Origin: Octopus vulgaris
Taxonomy: Eukaryota
Direction: 5' to 3'
Assembly: GCA_951406725.2 (NCBI GenBank)
Contig: OX597815.1
Span: 138,260,001 to 138,324,000, forward strand
Length of the DNA: 64,000 nt
Positions 13,185 to 26,786 of this stretch are shown piece after piece. The notes under the pieces were generated by a model. That model was not told the origin of the DNA. It did no database searches and saw nothing but the letters and a program-made list of their open reading frames with translations. The position numbers and the translations under genes were made by a program. Numbering within the stretch: the first letter of the stretch is position 1; the number at the start of each line of letters is the position of its first letter.

Positions 13185-14394
13185 AATAAATTTTATCCAA
13201 TGAAATAATTTCCCTTATTAATGAACTTTGCCCATCTGTCAGGCAATTTAAATATCCATCAGCATAAAATTTTACTGGTTTTGAAGAAAAAAATTTATCT
13301 AGATGCAATCTCACTCCATCTAAATCGTTGAATGTTTTTCTTTGCAATGCGTTCTGTAGGGATAAAAACTGGTGGTGGTCGGGTGGTGCAATATCAGGAG
13401 AATATGGTGGATGGGGTAAGAGATACCAGCCAAGTTCATATCAGTTTGGGTAGCCAAAGACACATGTGGTTGGGCATTGTCTTGTTGGAACAATACGCTT
13501 TTGTTGTTGGCAATGCCCGGCTTCAATTCTTCGACTTTTTGGCTCAAATTAACCCGCTGACGACAGTACACATCAGATTTAATTGTCTGGTTTTGTGGGA
13601 GAAGCTCATAATAAATAATGTCTTTATGATATCACCAAACACAAAGCATAGGTTTTTTTGGCATGGATATGTGTCTTTGGCTGCTGTTTTGGGGGACCCT
13701 TACGCAAACTCCATGATCTTTTTCACACTACGCTTTCGTACACAATCCATTTTTCTTCTCCAGTCACAAGTTGTTTCAAAAATGGCATGCTTTCATTCCG
13801 TTTCAAAAGTATATCACAAACAGAATATCGCTCCAAGCAATTCTTTTCTGAGAGTTTGTGAGGGACCTATACATTATAGCGAGAAATGTATCCTAGCTTC
13901 ACTAGTTGTTCATGAACCGTACTTTTAGAAACTTTCAACTCCTCTGCAAGTTCTCTAGTCGGGATATTTGAGTTTTCTTCGATTTTTGCCTTCAAAACAT
14001 CTTCATCTAAGTTTGAAGGCCCTCCTCTGCGACTGTTATCTCCAAGCTAAACTCTCCAGCTTTAAATTTTGCAAACCACCTTCGAGCAGTTAATTCACTC
14101 ACAGCATCATCACCATAAATGTTTTTGCAAATCTTTGCAGCATTTTCTCCTTTTTCTTAAAAAAAAAAAAGAAAAGCATTACAACGCGCATTTGGAAATT
14201 TTGGTTATCTATTTCAAAGGTCAATAAAGGGTAACCGGAATGAAAGATAAGTCTATTTTCAGTCAGAAGCAAAGAAGAGATGCGTTACAGCTTCAAGCAA
14301 CGTCAAAGTTTTAACTGTGTTACGTTTCAGGGATGTTTAATGAAGCGTTAAAAGATTTAGCTTAAAAACGCTCTGAACTTTCCGGACAACCTAA
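13185..14394 (-). mobile_element. mariner (DD34D-type) transposon, near full-length, pseudogenised
   Basis: TA plus TIR TTAGGTTGTCCGGAAAGTTC ending at 14394; motifs VTGEEKWIVY, QQDNAQPH, LPHPPYSPDIAP and IFKLPDRW; frameshifts; second TIR not found. Confidence 0.92.
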
Positions 14395-15100
14395 TAATTA
14401 GAAAGTCCAAATGAACTTGAAGAAAGCGTCCGTATTTCCAAACTATATTCCAGTTTCTACACAATGCCCTAACCTTATGTCATGGTTTGATTTGACATAA
14501 TAATGGTGCCATAGGAAGACAATATGAAGTGGGGATATGAAAGCAATAGTCAAAAATATGAAGAGCATAAGGAGATGCGAAATATGAGAATAGCAATGTA
14601 TGACAATTCGGTAGAAATGAGGTATTGATTTGTGGCTAGATTCACTATTTCTAAACTAATTGACATTGAAAACAGGTAGGGCAGCAAAGTAGCGATTTAT
14701 GGGCTGTGGAGGGAAGCAGAACATAGAAAATTCTACATTCATGGATATAAAAAAGTTTATGTGAGAATAAGATCATGTCTGTGTTAGACACAAACCATAA
14801 CAAAATAGTTGCTGCGTTGTTGAAATAGTTACGGCTACAACTAGATTGTGATAGCTGTATGGATAAAAAAGGGAAAAAAATGTGCTACACTGTAAGCCAA
14901 AAAAAAAAAAAAAAGCCAAAACTCGGATATTCCTTGGTAGCATTAATGTTCAGCTGAAAGGAACGATACTGTCGAATGGTGATCACATCTTTGTAATCTC
15001 TAGCGCATGTCTGCTTAAAGGAGTGTCCTGATTTGCAAGCTGCATGTAAAATGCATTTTGAAATTACTGACTTGATTATATGGTTATATTTCACCTGAGA

Positions 15101-15151
15101 TTTGCCCACATTACATCACTATACTTTGTATGATGCTGTAATGTGGGCAAA
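15101..15151. other. Perfect 15-bp inverted repeat forming a pre-miRNA-sized hairpin
   Basis: TTTGCCCACATTACA (15101-15115) pairs with TGTAATGTGGGCAAA (15137-15151); inner TCA/TGA can extend the stem. Confidence 0.5.
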
Positions 15152-15710
15152 GCACTACACAATGATCACTGCAACAAAAAGGTAAAAACATAAATAATAA
15201 AGAGAATAATTTGCCAAAATTTTGGTGGCGATTGACTAAAAAACGAGCTTCTTCGGGTTTTAACTTGCTGTGAGCGAATATAGAAAGAACTACTGTAGCA
15301 ATGACAATTTTCATCTAATCCATTTAGTTTTATTTACGTAGAGAATGTGGTGTAATATAGTATGCTTATGTTATGTATTAACAAAAAACACCGTTCATAT
15401 CTTTTAAAAAATCTCTACTAAATAAATGTATTTTTTTAATAGTTCAATAATAAACACATTCATAAATTATTGCATATAATATTTATTGTATGTAATCTGT
15501 GATATTAGAAAACATACATGTTTATACAAGCTGTTCGCGACTGGAAACTTAATGTGTATAAATAAGGCGCATCAGGTAAAATATATTTTAAAATGAACAT
15601 TACTCTATAGAATTAAATTGAAAGACTTCACTCTCATATCTGAACGCCAAAGTGCACAATAATAATAAGAGATTTTTGCAACTCCACACCACAGACTAAA
15701 ATAATCTTTT

Positions 15711-15880
15711 GGAGTGGCTGTGTGGTAAGAAGTCTGCTTCCCAACCACAGAAGTCCGGGTTCAGTCCCACTGCGTGGCACCTTGGGCATGTGTTTTCTGC
15801 TATAGCACTGGGTCAATGTAATCAGCTTCCCCCCACGACCAGAAACCGCTGGCCTTGTGCCAAAATTTGAAATTATTATT
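15711..15880 (+). mobile_element. CORE/OR-type tRNA SINE head fused to a Nin-SINE tail
   Basis: GGAGTGGCTGTGTGGTAAG...GGGTTCAGTCCCAC..GGCACCTTGGGCA followed by GCTGGCCTTGTGCCAAAATTTGAAATTATT. Confidence 0.8.
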
Positions 15881-15892
15881 ACAGACAAACAT

Positions 15893-16320
15893 AAGGCAGC
15901 GAACTGTCAGAATCGTTAGCTCGGGCAAAATACTTAGCGGTATTTCGCCTGTCTTTATGTTCTGAGTTCAAATTTCGCCGAGGTCACTTTGCCTTTCATC
16001 CTTCTGGGGTTGATAAAAGAAATACCACTTGAACACTGGATTCGATGTGATCGGCTTATCCCCTCCACCGAAACTGATGGCCTTATACCAAAGTTTGAAA
16101 CCATTATTACAGACGTGGCAGAGTTGTTAGCACACCGGGCAAAATGCGTAGCGGTATTTCGCCTGTATTTACGCTCTGAGTTCAAATTCCGTCGAAGTCG
16201 ACCTTGCATTTGATCCTTTCGGGATCGATAAAATAAGTACCGGTTGAACACAGGGGTCGATGCAATCGACTTATATCCCTTAAAATTACTGGCCTTGTGC
16301 CAAAAATTGAAAGCATTATC
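15893..16320 (+). mobile_element. Two tandem Nin-type SINEs
   Basis: Copies at ~15893-16102 and ~16115-16314, separated by ATTATTACAGAC-like repeats. Confidence 0.88.
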
Positions 16321-16439
16321 ATTGACAAACACATTATATATGCATATATAGAAATATACAAATGTACAAACGTACATATATGTACACATACACACACGAA
16401 CATGCACTACAAATATAGGGAGTGCCTTCATTAGACATA

Positions 16440-16730
16440 TCCCACTAGAAGCTGTTGATCAAATGTGGTTGACAGCTATTATGTGGAATCGCGAAAAGAT
16501 ATTGCGATAATACCACATTCTTATTAATATTGACGATATTAAAAGCAGAAGAACGTCCCTGAAAGAGGATGAGCGACCTGGAAGACCTGCCACGAGCATC
16601 TTTCCAGGAAATTTGGAGAATATTCATCAGTTTGTACATGAGGATCGTCGGAGGACAATGAATGACATTGCTGATGCTGTTGGTCTGTCGTATGGGTCCA
16701 CACATGCAATCCTAACATTTGAATTCTTCA
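16440..16730 (+). mobile_element. mariner transposase HTH fragment
   Basis: RTSLKEDERPGRPATSIFPGNLENIHQFVHEDRRRTMNDIADAVGLSYGSTHAILT (GRP linker and second HTH). Confidence 0.85.
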
Positions 16731-17194
16731 CGACGACCATGCACTCTGTCACTGAGCTCTCTTCATTCGAAACTAATAATACGTAATAATATAGACAGAG
16801 TACCTTATACAACTGCCAGTAGCAAGCATAGGGTTAATACCAATAACCATTATTGTAACTGTAAAAGCAAATTATGGCCGCTTGAAGGATAATGCCTCAC
16901 AAAAGCGTAGTTTATAGATGTATAGCAATAGCTGATAACATTTTCAATTATTACATAAGGTCATGTCCTTCGTTCAAAAATCAGAAAAAAATAAATTGTA
17001 CAGTTTTGAGTGTGTTCATTTGATTTTAAAGGATGAAAACACTAAACCTGATATTAGATGAGCAATAATTTATAGAGTTTCACCAGCGGGAGCTCGAAAA
17101 TTAATTTATATAATTTATGCTTGGGAGAAATATTTAATATCTTTACCGCTGATTACGGGTTATTACATCAGCGAAACGATTTAACTCTGATTTG

Positions 17195-17400
17195 TCCTCT
17201 TCTCAACTGCAATGTTCTTTTCACACAGTTCTACAGCAGTCGAGATAGTTTGATTCCCGTGTTTGCAATTGACTGATTCTTCTTACTAGTTTTTCAGGTC
17301 AATGTCTGTCTACGCTGATGTTGCTGAAGGCATCCGTTTTGTCTTTTGACGATGCTAAGTTCGCTGTAAAGAATATGACTGGCGGTATTGTGTTTGGAAG
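17195..17400 (-). mobile_element. RTE LINE 3' remnant
   Basis: YSELSIVKRQNG and DID resemble the RTE C-terminus (YGEL..GKR..G..ID..W). Confidence 0.45.
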
Positions 17401-18639
17401 TAAATTTAAGAAAAGTTGTAATTATATTACTTCATCAATTAAGTTTTTGCTGAAATAATTTCAATACTTCTTAAATAAAAAAAACGACGTGTACCCCTGG
17501 CTATTGGAATACACTTTTACTTTACTACCAGATATATGGCATATTATACGCAGCAAAGGATTAATTTTTTTCCTTCTTGATATTTTCTTCGTTTAGAAAG
17601 TAATGAAAAAATAAATTTTGGACAATCAGAAAAAAGTCAAAGAAAAACCGAGATTAAATTTCCAAATTCGTATGAAATATTTTGATCAATTATTAATTAA
17701 AAAATGTAAAAAGCACATATGCTGTAAAATCTTATCTCGCTTGAAAAGCAATCAATCTTCTTATAAAAAAAACTATTTATGAATAGAAACAGAAGTATAA
17801 GCTGTCAATTGACTTATAAAAAAAAAATCAAAAGCAGAAATAAAAATAGATAAAAATATACAGTACGAGAATAGCTACGATAGGCATTTTATAGAAACGT
17901 TAACACTGACTGATTTTTCTATTTAACATGACCAGCTGGAACTGAGCAGAATGATATATTCTGTTATCAATCAAATGCCTGCCAATAAGAACGAGTGAAG
18001 AAATGCAAGAGTTCCGGCAACCTGTTTTTGCCATAAGTTAATTTGGTTATTGGAAATTGATTTGTAAAAGATAGCATTTTATTTATTGTGAACAATAGAG
18101 ATTTGTCGCTACAAGTCTGATCTGTTATCCAGAAAAGTTGTCGGCCATCTATGTATTGAATGAATTAAGGCAAAAGATATCAAAATTGCATCTCTCTAAA
18201 ATTACCGATAGTGATTGATTAATAGTGAAATTTTTCGAGAAAGATGAAGTAGAAAAAACAAAACAAAACAAATCTAAATGGAATTACAGGGAAAATCAAT
18301 TTGCATGCTTGATGGAGCAATGGCTATACTTTCAATTGCGGAACTTAAAAACAGATTTCTGATGAATTTTCATGATTTCATTAAGACTAGCAACTGCTAG
18401 GAGTGCTTAAACAGCTTTTCGAATAATGTTTTACCATATACGTAAAATGTAAAGTTAATCTATGATGATATCATTGGTTACAAGAAAACAATTAAACATT
18501 ATTTATCTGAATGATATTTGAGCCTACAATATAAAAACCCCATGGATGCGGTTTTAAAGTTAAACTTAATATATGAGTTTGTTTACTGTATATCAGACAC
18601 TTCAACACATGATAAATGTTTCTGATTTAGGCAACAAGA

Positions 18640-19030
18640 TCTTATATTGATCACAGTACTTCGTTGGTATTTCATTTTATCTACCAGAAAGGATGAAAGG
18701 CAATATTGATCTCGACAGGATTTGCTCTCAGAACACAAAGATCTAGAACAAATTACCCATAGCATTTTACGACGCTCTAACGATACAGTTAATCTACCGT
18801 TCTTCCTACATGTAATAATAATGGTATCTAATTTAGGCACAAGGCCTGGAAATCTGAGGGCAGAGAATTAACTAATTACCTCGATCTTAGTACTTGACTG
18901 GTACTCTTTTTTATCGACACCTGATTGATGAAAGGTAAAAGTGAGATCGGCGGAGTTTAAACTCAAAATTCTGAAGAGATACGTGAAGATATTATGTCAA
19001 TGACTGTAACGGTTCTGCCAGCCTGTTTAC
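18640..19030 (-). mobile_element. Two degraded Nin-type SINEs
   Basis: AAAGGATGAAAGGCAA..CTCAGAAC and TTTATCGACACC..GATGAAAGG match the reverse complement of the SINE body. Confidence 0.75.
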
Positions 19031-19059
19031 ATCCCAATGATTTAACGACTCGGTAAAAA

Positions 19060-19175
19060 TGGACGATAGATTAAGTACCAGACATAAGTACTGGAGTCGA
19101 TTTGTACGAATAAACCCTTAAAGGCGGTGCTCCAGCAAAGTTGCAGTCCAATGACAGAAACAAGTATAAGAAAAA
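19060..19175 (+). mobile_element. SINE 3' half with LINE-like tail
   Basis: AAGTACCAG..AAGTACTGGAGTCGAT..GGCGGTGCTCCAGCA..GCAGTC..GAAACAAG. Confidence 0.65.
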
Positions 19176-19417
19176 AGAGCACTTACCTATTTTAACGTGT
19201 ATAAGGAACTCGCTAATTTTTGGGGTTTAATATTTGGACATAAGGTTTTGTAAGGGATTATAATTTTATCCGTGTATAAGAAACTCCCAGGTGTTTTCAA
19301 CTTAATATTTGACAAAAATGGGTTCCTTATACACGTTAAAATACGGTATATATTGTATGTGTGTATGCATGTATGTATCCATATATATATTTATTTATAT
19401 TTATATTATCTCTTTCT

Positions 19418-19422
19418 ACACA

Positions 19423-19463
<41 letters not shown>
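19418..19463. repeat. (CA)n microsatellite
   Basis: Direct inspection. Confidence 0.95.
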
Positions 19464-19466
<3 letters not shown>

Positions 19467-19554
19467 TGGACACAAACATGTATTTATGTATTCATAAGCA
19501 ATGGGCTTACTTACGGTTTTGAATTCCAATTAAAGGATATTAGTTGACTTGAGA

Positions 19555-19665
19555 ATATTGTAGAAGGCACTTGTCAAACGTGCCAAACAGGGTAGTGGAG
19601 GGGAAATATGGGATCCCATAGACGCGAAGCGAACTTCTTAACCGTTCACCTATGCCTACGCCCAA
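19555..19665 (-). mobile_element. Degraded CORE/OR-type SINE head
   Basis: AGAAGGCACTTGTCAAACGTGCC...CGAACTTCTTAACC resembles the reverse complement of 15711-15805. Confidence 0.55.
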
Positions 19666-20841
19666 ATTAGTAAGAACAGACTTATATAAAAATGTGTACA
19701 CATGACATTTAACGAAACATTAAAACGAGTTAACAGATGAGTCAGAATATTACCTGTAACGTTAAAGGTATTACTTTTATAACGGTGAATATTTATAGTG
19801 GCTGAAAGAAAACTAAATATGAAATGGAAAGGAGAACATGTTCATCAATCCGTTACATCTGTTTGAAATCAGTAGGTAATTTGAACTTGTGTCATTTTCA
19901 TCTTTGTTGACAATAATTTATAGATCTGTTGCAATGATTAAAAATAATTCTTAAAATTAAACAAATTTATTCAAATTTACACAACATTACGAAGCATTTT
20001 CACACTTTTTACAGGAATGATTCGTTAAGAATACTTACATAAAATGTAATAGGCCTATTTTTGTTATCAGAAATAATCATAATTAATTTATTAGACAATC
20101 TTGTTTAACTTATGAAAGATCTGATAATTTCGTTTAATTTGAAGACATAAAGTTTGATTAATTGAAAATCACTAATGTCTAAATTATATATCTGGACCAA
20201 AAAGTATTTCCGTTAGGAAAATTCGTTTACTTAAATCTGTAAATATAAGAATATAATTAAATGTATATTACAGACTTGCTAATATTGTGCTGTTTATAGA
20301 ATAATCAAGAATTGCTCGAGGAATTGTGTACGAATATATAAAATACATATGCTGTGAAAAATATATAAAATGTTCATAGTCAATTCAAGTAAGCGTCTTA
20401 ATTAAATACAACTCAGGTAAACATCCGACTTGCTTGAGGCATATTTTAAAATTACTGTTCAATGAGAAACACACATGTTCCCAGTCATGCAAATACAGCA
20501 GTGGTTTATCGAAGAAAAGTAAGTACATAGGTCAAAGTTGAAATAAATAAGACTTGTTTCAACTTCACCCTAGCATAGAAACAATATAGACAGAAGCATT
20601 CACACAAAGTTAACTGGCGAATGAGAAATTAGTTTGAAGAGATAAAACTGTTGGCGAGAAAATGAAATATTGTAGTTTGATTTACACTGATAATTGATCT
20701 CTGTGTTATATTACAGAAATAGCTTTATGGCGTATACAAAAAAAATCTGAGAATTAAGGGAAATATATTTCATTGCTACAAGTTAAAATGTGAATTATAG
20801 ACATCAAATATTTCCATTTTTATAATATAAAAGAAACTTAA

Positions 20842-21053
20842 AAGGCAGCAAAGTGGAAGAATCGTTAGCACACCCTGCACAATGCTTAGCGGTATCTCGT
20901 ACGTTTGCTTGTTCTGAGTTCAAATACCGTCTCGGTCGACTGTGCCTTTTATCGTTTCGGTGCCGATAAAATAAATACCAGTTGAGCACCGAGGTCAATA
21001 ATCAACTTACTCCTTTTCCCGAAACTGCCGGCCTTCTGCCGAAATTTGAAACC
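20842..21053 (+). mobile_element. Nin-type SINE
   Basis: Head, B box GAGTTCAAATACC, body and tail present; imperfect TSD AATATAAAAGAA / AATATTAAAGAA. Confidence 0.85.
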
Positions 21054-22719
21054 AATATTAAAGAAGCGTAGACATTTAATGTATTCAGCATATTAATTTA
21101 ACGTGATTGGGGCAACGTTTAACTAGAATTCTCGCTATCGACCTATCTATTTGCCCGTTTGACTGTTCGGTGAGAAAATTCTTAAAGCCATAATTTTTGA
21201 GATACTCTGTCACAAGGAAAAGAAACAATGCAATCTAATAACCTAAATTAGATAAATTGAATCTGAGAGAAATTAGCTTTTAAATTAAGAGCATCACAGC
21301 TCAGCTTTTCAGTTATAAGGAAGATTGGTCTAATAAATAATTTAAGACAACTGAGAAAATTAACTGCGATCTATTGTCTTAAACATTAAAGTATTGAATC
21401 AAGCATTACCAAGAAACACTACAGAGTCTTTTCGATTTTAGTTTCTGTCACGTGAATTTTCATGAACGTTGATGATTTGTCTTATTGCGGGTGCAATTTC
21501 AGATGTTTTAAATATTCTTTACGGTATTAGACTTGTTAGCTCGCTGTTAATTATGTTTTATACAAGAGGTTCCCTTGAGAAATTTCCAATGCAATTATCT
21601 ATATTTCCAAATCATAATTGTTTCACACCAAAGTCGTTCTGTAATCTTCTCATGTGTTAATTATTCTTCACTGAGGAGGTTTAATAAAATTAAAAAATGT
21701 CCAGAATTGTCATATTAATAACCAAGTATCAGTGTGCCATCATCTACACCGCTTAAGTTTTGCGCAATTAAAATTTGGAATTTTTTCCTCTACTCTATAA
21801 GAAAAAAATGTCATTGATGTTAACAAGTTTGTTTCACATTACATAATTACAAATGCATAAATACATTTTTCTGATCATTACATTATGTACTTTATCATAA
21901 TAAGGTTATTGGATATTCATTTGATTATATAGAAAAAGTGCTTATTGGTTGATTAACTGAATGCTTGTCAGGATGAACTCCTGTTAGTGTCTGGTATAGC
22001 ATTGTATTTAACAAAAGGGAGTATACAGTAACATAATTCTTTCATACCAACCCAATGAAGTCCTCACAGAGTCTTTGCCATATTCCTCAGAAAATATATG
22101 CAGATCTCCTCGCAAAACACTTGTTGCTCTTTCTCTCTTTCCTCTACAGAAATCTGTCACAATCTGTGGAAACGTTAGTATTCTATTCCAACAAGAAATT
22201 ATAGATCTCCCTTCCAACACATCAAAGCTGTTGAAGAAAATAGTTGTAAATAATCTCCCCCTTCCCTATCTCCCGCGCGTTGCGCGTGTGTCTCCCTAGT
22301 GACCACTAATAAGATGTCAATAGAACCACATTTACAGGAAATTTGTCACTAACTAGTGGTCCGTAACCTGTGGTCCCTTCGGTGAAATAAATGTCGTCGT
22401 GACATAATGATACTCAGACTGTATTTAACAAAAGTCCTTGTTAAACACAAATCCAGTTGATCATCTACGATCTACATCCAACTTTAATTTTCGTGTTAGA
22501 AACTTCCTGTCATTCATAACATTTTAGCATGCACCAACAGAAATCCGTCTGATCAACATCCTATGAAACCTGATGTGTCTCAAAATATGCACTTCATACT
22601 TTTAATTGTTTGGTGCGGAAGAAGTTGACTGTATCAGTCGCTCTAAAACTGGTAAGATGGGTGTGGTTGATGTTACTCTTGAAAAACTAGAATCCAACGA
22701 TTCCAAGAAAAAAAGCAGA

Positions 22720-24070
22720 TGGAAAATTTCATTGAAATTAAAAGGAAGGAAACTGGACATAGCATTTAATGTTGAACCAAGAGGAATCAAAGAGAAACAA
22801 TATAGATGATGAAAGAAGGAGAAGCATGTGATTCGGCGGTATCTAGATATAGATCGAACCTTGCTAGTCAGTCCAGAAGATCTGTGTAATACGCAGTATC
22901 TTTGGAAAAGGTAGAGCGAGGAAATATCGCATTTCTGAACAAGAGGTTTGTTATGTGTTGTTGAGCGAATCCATGACAATAACTGGGGTGTTTTTGTTAT
23001 GGATGCAATCAAGAATATCCATATGTTTAGTAGTAGCAACAATTCAAATGTATGTGCAATTTTTCATCTTGGGTCTCACTCGGAATACTCCAGGTTGTAA
23101 AGAGTTGCAATCGTTGGGAGAAAGAATTCTCTAGTTCCCCAAAAGAAGACCAGTCTTTGAGAAGCAGTCTTTACTGCATCGTGCTTGTGGAAACATCAGT
23201 AGGGATAATAATTATGAGACCTATTATTTGTAGAACGTTTGAGGAATTTAGCCATTTAGTTGAGTGTTGATCGTAGTAAGAGGGATGTGGGGTAAGTGTC
23301 TATCCCTGATATGCGCAGTGCTTTTGTGCTATCGAAGGAGCCAAGATGATTCATCATCATATTTCAATCAACCTATGGTTGATCGAAACTCCACTGACAG
23401 TCCCTTTCCACACTATATACACTACATGGACCTGCATTGTTGTGTTTAGACCTCTAATATCCATCCCAGAGTCACGAAATATAGAATCTGGAAATGTCAG
23501 TTTCCTGGAGAAAATACTTGCTATAGGAGCAGGGATGAGATAACCTCTTTCTCTGCTCGATGACGGTGGCCAGCAAATTGTAGCCGTTTCTGCTCTAGCT
23601 TAAGGGATATTGTTATCAGATTTCCGTAGACGCTACTAAGGGTTGGATGTGATCTCCAACTGGTGTTCTATATCTTTCTGAGCAGGTTGGTATATGTTCC
23701 AGCTAGTTGTTTTTCTAAGAGAGCCAATAAGATCCAGGTCTCTGGATCAAGATGATAAATATGGCTTTCGAGGCCTATTCATGGAGATGGTGCAAATTTC
23801 CTCTAGGCTGTGTGTAGTTAGAGAGAAGTGAATAATGGGATAAACCGTGTAGAAGTAGCCAGACTGGAAGTGACATTGATATGTTGGAGGAAGACTATAG
23901 GGGACAAAACCGAACTTTGAGACACCGGATTTAATACAGTGTGGGTAAAAGAGAGCTTCAATAGTAATGACTACGATGATAGCATCTGCTCGGAAGCTTT
24001 TGATCCAATAGGCGAAAGACCGTTATAGCCCAGAGGCAGTTTGTTGATTTCAAAGGCATCAGTTTGCTGA
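22720..24070 (-). mobile_element. CR1/L2-group LINE ORF2 remnant interrupted by an RTE insertion
   Basis: WIKSF, SGV..SVLSPIVFLQHIN, KTASQRL and DISSLYLFQRY..RRIT..HHLY occur in the expected order. Confidence 0.8.
23351..23747 (-). mobile_element. 5'-truncated RTE-X-like LINE with (ATG)n tail and 9-bp TSD
   Basis: ETWIL..LEKQLAGTYTNLLRK..SWRSHPT..YGNL..KRLQFAGH..EVISSLLL; TSD CAAGATGAT at 23342-23350 and 23748-23756. Confidence 0.88.
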
Positions 24071-24261
24071 TTTCAAATGCATCAACAATATTTTCACCAA
24101 CTTTCTGGAGGGATGGCGAACGAGATAAGATTATCTGTAAATTGGCTTTATGAAAGACCTCCTGGAAAATCCTCTAGAAGATATTCAAGGTGTCTGAGAA
24201 GGCAAGTCTTTACTCGCGAGTGTCCATCATCATTGAAGTGTTGAAGTATTAAACTCATTTT

Positions 24262-24627
24262 AAGGAATGAGAATTGTGTAATACAGAATAATGAATACAC
24301 CAAATTTATAAATACATAAATTTCATAAGTATTTAAAAATAATTATGAAATGAAAAATATTTGTAAAGAACTTTCTTCATATTAAATTGTTTAGTTTAGT
24401 GATTTTATTTTATTTTATTTACTATCATAACTTAGCAGAATGTAATCAGAATGTTATTTAAAAAAATAGTGGAGAAGGGAAGTGATGGTCGTAATGTTCA
24501 TAAAGCATCATCATTTTTGGTGGAATAAGTGGAGTGGAATTGTTATTGGGAATTAAAAACAAACGCATAACTCTTCAGTTCAGTAGCAAAACACTTGTTA
24601 TTGTCTCAATCCTTGAGTACCTGACGA
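24262..24627 (+). repeat. Copy 1 of ~370-bp direct duplication
   Basis: Near-identical to 28711-29087. Confidence 0.95.
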
Positions 24628-25474
24628 GGGTACATTGGTGTACATTGGTGATTAGCTTTCTGTCACTTCTAATTTCACAAACACTGATGAAACTTCACTT
24701 TATGCTTTCAAAACTCTAGCAAAAAATCTTTATCAATATACCAACTAGATACCTTAGTAACTGTATAAAGGAAGACGTGAAGAAAAATCGTTCCAGGGTA
24801 ACTATATATTTTTTTTAACAGCACAAACGCTCCATTTTACACATATTACTGACACAGAATTGTAATTCTAATTGTTAATAACACACACTGTTTCTTCGCT
24901 TCGTATCTTCTGTTATTACTAAAATAAGCCTTGCTCTTTTGAACTAGTCAGCTGCATATCCCTCCTCCACAAGAAATCTTCGTCCTCTTTACATTTTCTG
25001 CTCGCATTAACTTTAGTATGACTGTCATCGTAGACATTAAATTAGACCGCCCAACAACCCAAAAAATCTCCAGACTTCTAGAATCCTCGCCTCAACTACT
25101 TTTTGGCTTCATCTAATGACATCGAAAAACAGCAGATATTCAAGCGAGATTGAAAGCTACAATAATCATGCTTATCCTCCTTTCTTCTCTGTTTTATAAA
25201 AATATCTATCGTTTGTTGCAGTGTGACTGTTGCAGAATTTGATTAAAGTAAATACATTAATTCATATTAATTTTATTATTGACTTAGTTAATGAAATGAA
25301 GAGTAAAACAATTGTTGCTGAGACCAATCTACATAAATCTTTCGTAAATAAGAATGAAGAGCTATTTTGAAAATAAACCCAGGAAGTCATAACAGAGTGA
25401 AAACAATCGCCGTCTGGGTCTGAGTGAAAAGAATTAATAAACGAAGAATAATTATATGTTGAAGTGAATCTAAC

Positions 25475-25590
25475 GGTTTTGTGTGTTTCTTAAATGGCTT
25501 ATAAACACCTTCCATGCTGCAATTGTTTTCGTTCCAGCAACACGATCTCAGATCAAGTCACTCGCTATGCAAGTACATCTCCGTAATTAT
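25475..25590. repeat. Fragment of a common interspersed repeat (probable DNA transposon end)
   Basis: CACGATCTCAGATCAAGTCACTCGCTATGCAAGTACATCTCCGTAA recognised by eye as an octopus repeat; family uncertain. Confidence 0.35.
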
Positions 25591-26715
25591 ATGAAATTTG
25601 TAGTGATAAATTTTAAGTATGAGTCTGAATGTGTCGTCGACATCAGCGGTGCAGAAGAGGAACTGAGAGTGTTGGGTATGTTGGGAAAAAGCAGTATAAC
25701 AGTGGAATTGATTCTAGGAGAGCTAAATTCACAATCACGAGGAATCATTTCACACATGTGCACGCATATACACATTGTTATCGTTCTATTAACCTCATAT
25801 ATAAAAGTGATTAGTTTAAAGAATTGAAACAGAATTCACTTGGTTATAATTATGGTTGCAGCTCTTGTGAATATAACTTTTGTTATGACGCTAAATATGA
25901 AGTCTATTAAATGAATTTAATTTATTTCAATTAGGTAAAAAGAAAGAAATCCCATATTATTTCGCAGAAATATTCTTTCATACGTGACTAAATTAATTGT
26001 TATTTATTCATGTCAGGAGCCCTCAATTAACAATCATTGCAGTGGAATAAAGAGAGAACTTGCAGACGTCACCTCTTTCTCTATTCACAGTTGAGCGACT
26101 TGGTTGAATAATGAACATAAAGTAACTATATTTTATTGGAATAATTGTGCATAATTTTATGACTGAATCGAAATGAAGAAGGCATTCTACAAACATTTTA
26201 ATTTTCGTCTTCAATGCTTGAAATCATATAGAAATGTCTCTGTATTTCAAAACAGAGTGCATTTCATATAAATGCATTTAAAAGCAGAAACTTTTAAACA
26301 ACTATTGTACAATACTCAAATTTGTCTTCTTTTTTTGTACTCTGAATAACAATATTAAACTAATTTATTCTTCAAATGAAGCACACCAAAAACTTCATCT
26401 TATACTATGAATTTTATTTAATAATATAGTCATGAACATTTAGATATTTCCAAATACCTTTTAAGAATATGGGAAAATATATGAATATACAAAATCATTT
26501 TTATCATTACCTAATAATTGAGTGATAAAAATAACAATAGGCTATTATATGATAAGCTATGGAGGTGAATTTGCTTCGGAGACTAAATAGGAAATATTTT
26601 AAACTAAACTACGAAAGCTAAATTTTGTGGTGTCAGTGAAAGCAGAGCTTTGGAAATATAAATATACTTTATTCCCCCAAATTGTGTGTTCCACCTTTCT
26701 TTACCCACACTCTCT

Positions 26716-26718
<3 letters not shown>

Positions 26719-26780
<62 letters not shown>
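26719..26780. repeat. (TA)n microsatellite
   Basis: Direct inspection. Confidence 0.97.

Positions 26781-26786
<6 letters not shown>

Noticed and set aside
13332-13928. 198-aa plus-strand ORF
   Set aside because: Antisense to the mariner transposase
11925-16320. tRNA genes or CRISPR-like arrays
   Set aside because: A/B boxes belong to SINE heads with no cloverleaf; repeats are SINE units in a eukaryotic genome
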